Positions 24,623 through 30,813 of a DNA stretch of 32,000 nt are shown one piece after another. Within the stretch, counting starts at the first letter, position 1. Each line of letters starts with the position of its first letter. The notes beneath the pieces were generated by a model. That model was given only the letters and a program-made list of their open reading frames with translations. It had not been told where the DNA came from and did not search any database. The position numbers were made by a program, and so were the translations under genes. Origin of the DNA: Candidatus Saccharimonadota bacterium (GTDB taxonomy: Bacteria > Patescibacteriota > Saccharimonadia > Saccharimonadales > Saccharimonadaceae); the NCBI GenBank assembly GCA_025349965.1, contig CP075337.1, forward strand, positions 150,001 to 182,000. The letters are read 5' to 3'.

Positions 24623-25030
24623 TTAGTGATCGTGTTCCGCGGCTTCCGCTTCTTCTTTGGTGAGGTGAATTGTGCCATGCGCATGCTCTGCTGGTGCGTA
24701 GATTGAGTAAAGTTTTAGTGGCTGATCGCCGGTGTTTACTACATTGTGCCACTTTCCAGCGGGAACAAAGATTGCGTAATCATCTTCAGCATCCCAGCTA
24801 TCAAGTGTTGCTTCGCTGTCGCCCATAAGTACCGTAGCAAGCCCTTGCTCAATCCGTAGGAACTGATCGTGGTCTTCGTGCACCTCGAGACCAATATCAT
24901 CACCCGGCTGAATGGTCATAAGTGTCATTTGCATGTTTGCGCCCGTCCATGCGGCGGTGCGGAAGTTTTCGTTTTCAAGTGTTAGTTCTTCAATATTAAC
25001 AACGTATGGATTTGGTCCGTGATCTTGCAT
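24623..25030 (-). CDS. cupin domain-containing protein
   Basis: 135 aa. The cupin motifs are GLEVHEDHDQFLRIEQG...FVPAGKWHNVVN. A GGAGG SD is present. Confidence 0.85.
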   Translation of the reverse strand: MQDHGPNPYVVNIEELTLENENFRTAAWTGANMQMTLMTIQPGDDIGLEVHEDHDQFLRIEQGLATVLMGDSEATLDSWDAEDDYAIFVPAGKWHNVVNTGDQPLKLYSIYAPAEHAHGTIHLTKEEAEAAEHDH

Positions 25031-25107
25031 AATGCCTCCTCTATTTCTCTTACTAGTATAGCTTAGGCGTAGTGGATGGTAAATCTTTGCTATAATAACG
25101 GTGGTAC

Positions 25108-25184
25108 GCCCCGGTAGCTCAGTTGGATAGAGCAGAGGACTTCTAAGCCTAAGGTCGCTGGTTCGAGCCCAGCCCGGGGTACCA
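25108..25184 (+). tRNA. tRNA-Arg(TCT), CCA encoded, with non-canonical acceptor and anticodon-stem pairs
   Basis: GCCCCGG TA GCTC AGTTGGATA GAGC A GAGGA CTTCTAA GCCTA AGGTC GCTGG TTCGAGC CCAGC CCGGGGT A CCA. G1-U72 is a wobble pair. The anticodon stem has only 3 Watson-Crick pairs, flanked by G27/A43 and A31/G39. Confidence 0.85.
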
Positions 25185-25206
25185 TTTGATATATACGAAA
25201 AATTTC

Positions 25207-25557
25207 CTAAAGTGCTTTGTAGTATTTCGCGCCTTCAAGCTGCGCTTTTACAATTCTACCTACTCCAGAGGGTACGATGACCACTTCGGGCTGTAGCATA
25301 TTGGCGGTAATTCCAAATAAATTCATTGCATTTCGACAAACCGAGAAGACCACACCTTCTTCGGAGAATTGAGTAATAGATTCTTCATAGGGACTTCCTT
25401 GTTGTACGAAGCTAATTGCTTTTCCGTAAACAGCCACCTCGATAGCAAGGGGCTGTCCCGCGAGGTCGTCAATGAGGTTGCGTAGGTGGGTCAGGAGTCG
25501 TTCTGCACTTTCTATCCCATCTCGCTCGAAGTCGATAATAAGTTTAGCTGTGTTCAT
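25207..25557 (-). CDS. DsrE/DsrF-like family protein (small alpha/beta protein, function unknown)
   Basis: 116 aa. The pattern IEVAVYGKAI...VVFSVCRNAMNLFGI...VVIVPSGVGRIVKAQLEGAKYYK resembles DsrE-related proteins. -10 TATAAT lies 6 nt from the ATG. Confidence 0.6.
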   Translation of the reverse strand: MNTAKLIIDFERDGIESAERLLTHLRNLIDDLAGQPLAIEVAVYGKAISFVQQGSPYEESITQFSEEGVVFSVCRNAMNLFGITANMLQPEVVIVPSGVGRIVKAQLEGAKYYKAL

Positions 25558-25582
25558 GGATCTATTATATACCTCAAGGTAT

Positions 25583-25646
25583 GTTATGCATAAGCGCCCT
25601 TATGCAATGTTTCGATTTTCCTGTATAATAAGTAAGTTATGCATAA
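25583..25646. promoter_or_regulatory. repeated palindromic motif GTTATGCATAA (two perfect copies plus one degenerate): candidate operator set in a divergent promoter region
   Basis: gttatgcataa occurs at 25583-25593 and again at 25636-25646, where it overlaps the MFS start codon. ttatgcaAtg occurs at 25600-25609. The core TTATGCATAA is a perfect 10-bp palindrome. Confidence 0.45.
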
Positions 25647-27225
25647 ATTATTCTCTAAAAACCAGAAAAAGAAGGTCGATGCGCCGAAGAAGCCTGTTGA
25701 TCTTGACGGGATAGACCCGAAAAGCTACAAGCGTCGTTGGTGGACACTTGCGGCAATGTGTTTGGCGCTTCTTGGTGTCATGCTCGCAAATAGTAGCCTT
25801 AATATTGCGTTGCCGAAGATGTCAATTGATCTCGGCCTTACGCAACTTGATTTCACTTGGATTGTGAACGTCTACACACTTGTATTCGCCAGCCTCTTAT
25901 TTGTAGCCGGCGCCTTTGGTGACCGTTATGGTCGCAAACTTGCGATGCAAATTGGTATGGTGATCTTTGCTGTTGGTTCTGTGTATGCAGCGCTTATTGC
26001 TCAGAATGCAACCGAGCTGATTATTGCTCGTATTGTGATGGGATTCGGCGGTGCGCTTGTGATGCCAACCACGCTTTCTATTATTAATAACACCTTCCCT
26101 AAGAGCGAACGCGCTCGCGCGGTGGCAATTTGGAGTGCTATTGCTGGTATCGGTATGATGGTAGGTTCTATCATCAGTGGGTTCCTTCTTGAGCACTTTA
26201 CGTGGCACTCGCTCTTCTACTTCAGTGCTGCAATTGCAGTCATTGGCTTCTTCGCGAACCACTTCCTTGCAAGTGAGTCTAAGGACGAGAAAGAATCTCC
26301 AATTGACTGGCTCGGTGGACTCTTCTCTGCAGTTGGTATCTTCGGTCTCGTGTATGGTATTACCGAAGCGCCATCAAAAGGTCTTACTGAAGCACTTGTT
26401 CTTACCTCGCTTATCGTTGGTGTTGTAAGCCTCGTTGCTTTTGTTTTCTGGGAGATTCGCGCAAAATCACCAATGCTTGATATGAAGCTCTTCAAGAACC
26501 GTCCGTTCTGGGTTTCAAGCCTTACGCTAACGCTTACATTCTTGGCAATGTCGGGCGTGTTCTTCTCAATGGGTCTATTGATTCAGCTCATTCTTGGTAT
26601 GTCTGCGCTTGAGTCCTCGTTCGCGATGTTGCCAATTATGATCCCAATGATGTTTATCGGTCCGTTCATTCCTATGGTGGTGAAGAAGTTTGGTGCGCGC
26701 GTGACCATCTCAGTTGGGTTGCTTGTGACGGCAATTGCTTTTGCGATTATGTCGACATGGACAGCTGAAATGACCTATTGGAATCTTCTTATTGTGATGT
26801 GGATCATGATGATTGGTATTTCAGCGGCTATGACACCGGGTACAAACATCCTCATGTCAGCCGTACCACGTAACCGCTCTGGTATGGGTTCTGCAATGAA
26901 CGATACAACTCGTGAACTTGGTGGCGCGCTTGGTGTGGCAATTCTTGGCGCAGTTCTTAGCGCTGCGTATGCTGCAAACGTACATGAGGCGGCCTCAAAG
27001 CTACCAGCGGAAGCTGCGGAGGCGGTTGAAGGCTCTCTTGCTGCTGCAATTGCTGTTTCTCAAAAGATTGGCGCGGCGGCCGAACCACTTCTTAACGCAG
27101 CAAAAGAAGCGTGGATGTCTGCGCTTGGCACAGCTTCACTTACTGCGGCGGGAATTATCTTCGCAGCTTCAGTGATTGCATTTATCGCACTTCCTAAGCA
27201 CAAGAAAGATAGTGACACGCTGTAA
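25639..27225 (+). CDS. MFS transporter, DHA2 (EmrB/QacA-like, 14-TM) drug:H+ antiporter family
   Basis: 528 aa with about 14 hydrophobic segments, motif A-like GAFGDRYGRK and motif C-like region. TGTATAAT lies 9 nt upstream of the ATG. Confidence 0.9.
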   Translation: MHKLFSKNQKKKVDAPKKPVDLDGIDPKSYKRRWWTLAAMCLALLGVMLANSSLNIALPKMSIDLGLTQLDFTWIVNVYTLVFASLLFVAGAFGDRYGRKLAMQIGMVIFAVGSVYAALIAQNATELIIARIVMGFGGALVMPTTLSIINNTFPKSERARAVAIWSAIAGIGMMVGSIISGFLLEHFTWHSLFYFSAAIAVIGFFANHFLASESKDEKESPIDWLGGLFSAVGIFGLVYGITEAPSKGLTEALVLTSLIVGVVSLVAFVFWEIRAKSPMLDMKLFKNRPFWVSSLTLTLTFLAMSGVFFSMGLLIQLILGMSALESSFAMLPIMIPMMFIGPFIPMVVKKFGARVTISVGLLVTAIAFAIMSTWTAEMTYWNLLIVMWIMMIGISAAMTPGTNILMSAVPRNRSGMGSAMNDTTRELGGALGVAILGAVLSAAYAANVHEAASKLPAEAAEAVEGSLAAAIAVSQKIGAAAEPLLNAAKEAWMSALGTASLTAAGIIFAASVIAFIALPKHKKDSDTL

Positions 27226-27238
27226 TAAAAGTTTGCAT

Positions 27239-27271
27239 AAAAAATACCCTCACAGCTGAGGGTATTTTTTA
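27239..27271. terminator. bidirectional rho-independent terminator between convergent genes
   Basis: A 13-bp stem aaaaataccctca/tgagggtattttt with loop cagc. An A-run and a T-run flank the two sides. Confidence 0.85.
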
Positions 27272-27279
27272 TGTGCGAG

Positions 27280-28812
27280 CTACTCTGTAATGTCTTTAAT
27301 GACACTAATCTTCGCGCCGAGTTTATTAAGACGATTCGCAAGATCTTCGTAGCCACGGTTAATGACGTAGATGTTCCGGAGTGTGGAAATACCAGGGGCT
27401 GCAATCATCGCAAGGAGCACAACCACTCCTGGGCGTAGTGCGGGCGGGGTGACAATCTCAGCTGGCTTCCACTTTGTAGGACCTTCAATATATACACGGT
27501 GCGGATCAACCATCTCAACCTTTGCGTTAAGTTTGGTGAGCTCCGTAAGATAGATGGCGCGGTTTTCATAGACCCAGTCATGGATGAGCGTCCTGCCTTT
27601 CGCCGTAGCTGCAATGAGCGCGAAGAAGGGGAGGTTGTCGATGTTAAGCCCTGGGAATGGGAGTGGATGAATCTTATCAGTAGACGCCTTGAGGCTGCTT
27701 TGCTTTGTAGTAATGTCTACAAGGCGAGTGTGGCCGTTGTGCGCGGCGTATTCTTCCGATAATTCATATACAAAGCCCATATTCTCGAGGACTTGAAGCT
27801 CAATTTCAAGAAATTCAATTGGTGCGCGCTTGATGGTGATTTCGGATTTTGTGACAATCGCTGCTGCAATAAAGCTCATTGCTTCAATTGGGTCTTCTGA
27901 AGGATAGTATTCGACATCAACGTTGATATCTCGCTTACCGGTTACGGTAAGTGTTGTTGTACCGATGCCATCAATCTTCACGCCAAGCTTTTCGAGGTAG
28001 AAGCAGAGGTCTTGCACCATGTAATTTGGGCTTGCGTTACGGATAATTGTTGTACCGTCATTTAGTGCGGCGGCCATAAGGATATTCTCGGTCACGGTGT
28101 CTCCGCGCTCGGAAAGGACAATCGCACGGGTCGGTTTCTTTTCCGCGACAGACGCAATGTAGCTGTCGGATGTTGTGTTTACTTCAAGACCAAATACTTT
28201 CAGGCCATCAAGGTGCGGCTCAACGGTGCGTTCACCAAGGCTGCAACCGCCAGCGAATGGGATATTGAAGCTACGATATTGGTGAAGGAGTGGGCCAAGG
28301 AACATAATAATGCTGCGCGTACGCTTAGCGGCGTTTACATCCATTTTCTCAAGCTTGAGGCGTGCAGGCGGTGTGATTTCAAGATTATTATCACCAAACC
28401 AGCGAGTCTTCACGCCAATACTATTGAGGACTTCGATGAGACGGTTTACTTCTTCTATGCGCGCGACATGCTTTAGGGTAGTTGTGCCACGGTTAAGGAG
28501 TGACGCGCAGAGGAGTGCTACTGCCGCATTTTTACTTGTCTTAGTGGTGATTTCGCCACTAAGCTTGTGACCGCCTTCGATGCGGAGATTAATAGATCCT
28601 GGTTGATTCAGGCTTACGATTTGACTTGAAAGTACGTCGCTTATTCGGGCGAGCATATCAAGGCTGATATTTTGACCACCTTTTTCAATACGATTAATGG
28701 CACTTTGACTTGTTCCAAGCTCTTTCGCAAGCTCTGCCTGTGTCATGCCTCGTGATTGACGAGTTTCTTGAATAAGGGTTCCGATTTTCTCAGCGTAATT
28801 TCGTGTTTCCAT
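27280..28812 (-). CDS. murA: fusion protein: N-terminal XRE-family helix-turn-helix domain + UDP-N-acetylglucosamine 1-carboxyvinyltransferase (MurA)
   Basis: 510 aa. Residues 1-70 read IQETRQSRGMTQAELAKELGTSQSAINRIEKGGQNISLDMLARISDVL (XRE HTH). The remainder is full-length MurA with a conserved Lys (TSKNAA), catalytic Cys-Arg loop (FAGGCSLGERTVEPH), Asp (LNIDNLPFF) and C-terminal Arg (PPALRPG). Confidence 0.88.
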   Translation of the reverse strand: METRNYAEKIGTLIQETRQSRGMTQAELAKELGTSQSAINRIEKGGQNISLDMLARISDVLSSQIVSLNQPGSINLRIEGGHKLSGEITTKTSKNAAVALLCASLLNRGTTTLKHVARIEEVNRLIEVLNSIGVKTRWFGDNNLEITPPARLKLEKMDVNAAKRTRSIIMFLGPLLHQYRSFNIPFAGGCSLGERTVEPHLDGLKVFGLEVNTTSDSYIASVAEKKPTRAIVLSERGDTVTENILMAAALNDGTTIIRNASPNYMVQDLCFYLEKLGVKIDGIGTTTLTVTGKRDINVDVEYYPSEDPIEAMSFIAAAIVTKSEITIKRAPIEFLEIELQVLENMGFVYELSEEYAAHNGHTRLVDITTKQSSLKASTDKIHPLPFPGLNIDNLPFFALIAATAKGRTLIHDWVYENRAIYLTELTKLNAKVEMVDPHRVYIEGPTKWKPAEIVTPPALRPGVVVLLAMIAAPGISTLRNIYVINRGYEDLANRLNKLGAKISVIKDITE

Positions 28813-28820
28813 ATTTCTTA

Positions 28821-28844
28821 TGATATATCATCCGTGATATATAA
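28821..28844. promoter_or_regulatory. perfect palindrome TGATATATCA plus adjacent near-repeat TGATATATAA, 9 nt upstream of the HTH::murA start
   Basis: tgatatatca at 28821-28830 is self-complementary. tgatatataa at 28835-28844 lies 14 nt away, start to start. Both are in the 102-bp divergent murA/glyA intergenic region. Confidence 0.4.
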
Positions 28845-28914
28845 GCAAGAATACGTCTACGCTTTCTCCTTTGGAAAACTCATATATAATAGAGGTAAAG
28901 AGGACGTATAAACT

Positions 28915-30135
28915 ATGATGTATAAACACTTTGTCGTAAAAGACGATACTGAAGTTGATGAACTTATAAAAGCCGAAGCGAAGCGCCAGGCTGAAGATAT
29001 CCAATTAATCCCAAGTGAAAATTATGTGAGCGACGATGTGCGCGCCGCTTTGGCGAGCCCATTTACAAACCGTTACTCAGAAGGATACCCGGGTAAGCGC
29101 TACTATGGCGGACAGAAATACACTGACCAGCTTGAGCAGCTGGCGATAGACCGTGCTAAGAAGCTTTTTAGGGCGGATCACGCTAATGTGCAGCCACATT
29201 CTGGCGCTCCAGCTAACGAAGCCGTCTACAGTGCTTGGCTCGAGCCAGGTGATACTGTTTTGGCGATGGATCTGTCACATGGTGGACACCTTACGCACGG
29301 TGCGCCCGTTACACGTAGTGCACGGCTTTATAATTTTGTGCGTTATGGTGTTAAAGACCTCGAAACAGCTGAAATCGACTATGATGAACTACGTAGACTC
29401 GCACTTGAACACAAACCAAAGCTTATCATTGCAGGCTTTAGCGCCTACCCGGGTGAGCTTGATTACGAAAAATTTGCCGAGATTGGCAACGAAGTTGGCG
29501 CGCTTCTGATGGCCGACATGGCGCATATTGCAGGCCTTATTGCCGGTGGCGTTGCAAAGAACCCACTCGATTATGGCTTCCATGTCATGACTACGACGAC
29601 TCACAAGACACTGCGCGGTCCCCGTGGTGGACTTATCTTGACCAAGGGGATGGTCTCTAATCCACTCAAGACGGTAGAGAAAACAATTGAGAATATTCCA
29701 ACCCTGATTGACCGGACGGTATTTCCAGGGATGCAGGGTGGTCCACATATGAATACAATTGCTGCAAAGGCGGTTGCATTTCATGAGGCGCTTCAGCCGG
29801 AGTTTGCTGACTATGCGAAGCAGGTTGTGGAGAATGCGCGCGCGCTTACGGAAGAACTCCAAAAGGGCGGTCTGAAGCTTATTGGCGGCGGAACGAAAAA
29901 CCACCTTATCTTGGCAGATGTATATGGAAGCTTTGGGATTGATGGAAAAGAAGCTCAGGAGTGGCTTGAGAAAGAGGGCATTATTGTGAATGCCAATTCA
30001 ATCCCGGATGATACGTTGCCACCTTTTAGGCCAAGCGGGATACGGTTGGGGACACCGGCGATGACGACACGAGGTGCGACTGTTGACGATATGATAGCGA
30101 TTGCTCGTAAGGTCATCGAAGTATTAAGAGGGTAG
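28915..30135 (+). CDS. glyA: serine hydroxymethyltransferase
   Basis: 406 aa with LIPSENYVS, GYPGKRYYGG and the PLP-lysine motif TTTTHKTLRGPRGG. Confidence 0.97.
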   Translation: MMYKHFVVKDDTEVDELIKAEAKRQAEDIQLIPSENYVSDDVRAALASPFTNRYSEGYPGKRYYGGQKYTDQLEQLAIDRAKKLFRADHANVQPHSGAPANEAVYSAWLEPGDTVLAMDLSHGGHLTHGAPVTRSARLYNFVRYGVKDLETAEIDYDELRRLALEHKPKLIIAGFSAYPGELDYEKFAEIGNEVGALLMADMAHIAGLIAGGVAKNPLDYGFHVMTTTTHKTLRGPRGGLILTKGMVSNPLKTVEKTIENIPTLIDRTVFPGMQGGPHMNTIAAKAVAFHEALQPEFADYAKQVVENARALTEELQKGGLKLIGGGTKNHLILADVYGSFGIDGKEAQEWLEKEGIIVNANSIPDDTLPPFRPSGIRLGTPAMTTRGATVDDMIAIARKVIEVLRG

Positions 30136-30157
30136 CAAGATAGCCCTTTTGAGAGAA

Positions 30158-30189
30158 TAAAAATAGAGTCTGTGCAGACTCTATTTTTT
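30158..30189. terminator. bidirectional rho-independent terminator between glyA and the convergent pilin gene
   Basis: Stem aaatagagtc/gactctattt (30161-30170 pairs with 30077-type positions 30177-30186), flanked by an A-run and a T-run. Confidence 0.8.
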
Positions 30190-30210
30190 ATGCAAGTTTT
30201 TGGTTAAGTA

Positions 30211-30714
30211 TTAGCTTGCCTGTCCGGCCATGTTTGCACAACTTGAGCCTGGAGTACCAACACTAATGGTCGTAAGACCTGCATTTGGAGATTTGTCGTA
30301 CTGCCAGTAGCTAATTATTACGCCACCAGTTGAAGCGTCGTCAGAAGCTGCTGTTGAAGATTTTCCGCAAGCCTGAAGGTTAATGCGCTTTGTCCCGTTG
30401 TCCTTAGTAACAACAGTCGCTGGAACGCCTGTTATTGTTGAGCTGTTGTCAATGTAGTAAGCCTTTGATGTATCAGTACCAAAGCTTGCGATTGCATATG
30501 GGTAGCTACCAGTTTCAGCTTGGAAAAGCTCAATCTTCTTCTTCCATGTATTCGCAAGTGAAAGTGACGCTGAAGCGTTAGCCCTGTTTGTAATACCGTT
30601 GTAAGAAACAATCGTGATCGCAGCAAGGATAGCGATAACGACAACAACGATGAGAAGTTCTACGATAGTGAAACCGCGCTTCGCTGTATTTAGTTTGATG
30701 TCTGCAAGACTCAT
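30211..30714 (-). CDS. type IV pilin-like protein (prepilin N-terminal cleavage/methylation domain)
   Basis: MSLADIKLNTAKRG|FTIVELLIVVVVIAILAAITIVSYNG is a class III signal peptide with G-1/F+1/E+5. A C-terminal Cys pair is present. It has its own -10 TATAAT (complement of 30742-30747) and a GGGGG SD. Confidence 0.9.
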   Translation of the reverse strand: MSLADIKLNTAKRGFTIVELLIVVVVIAILAAITIVSYNGITNRANASASLSLANTWKKKIELFQAETGSYPYAIASFGTDTSKAYYIDNSSTITGVPATVVTKDNGTKRINLQACGKSSTAASDDASTGGVIISYWQYDKSPNAGLTTISVGTPGSSCANMAGQAS

Positions 30715-30813
30715 AGTAGAGTTGCCCCCTATTTGTTACTAATTATATGTCTATATTCTAGCGTTCTTTTGTCTTAAGCACAAGCTTTTTACTCTAAGAT
30801 TGAAATGTTCCTA

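Noticed and set aside
21330-25206. A possible genomic island bounded by tRNA-Gly and tRNA-Arg. It contains the pseudogene, iron permease, HhH-like protein, SDR, tag, tspO and cupin genes.
   Set aside because: No integrase, transposase or phage gene is present. I could find no direct repeat of either tRNA 3' end that would mark an att site. I noticed no obvious compositional break by eye. It looks like ordinary accessory or stress genes clustered near tRNAs.
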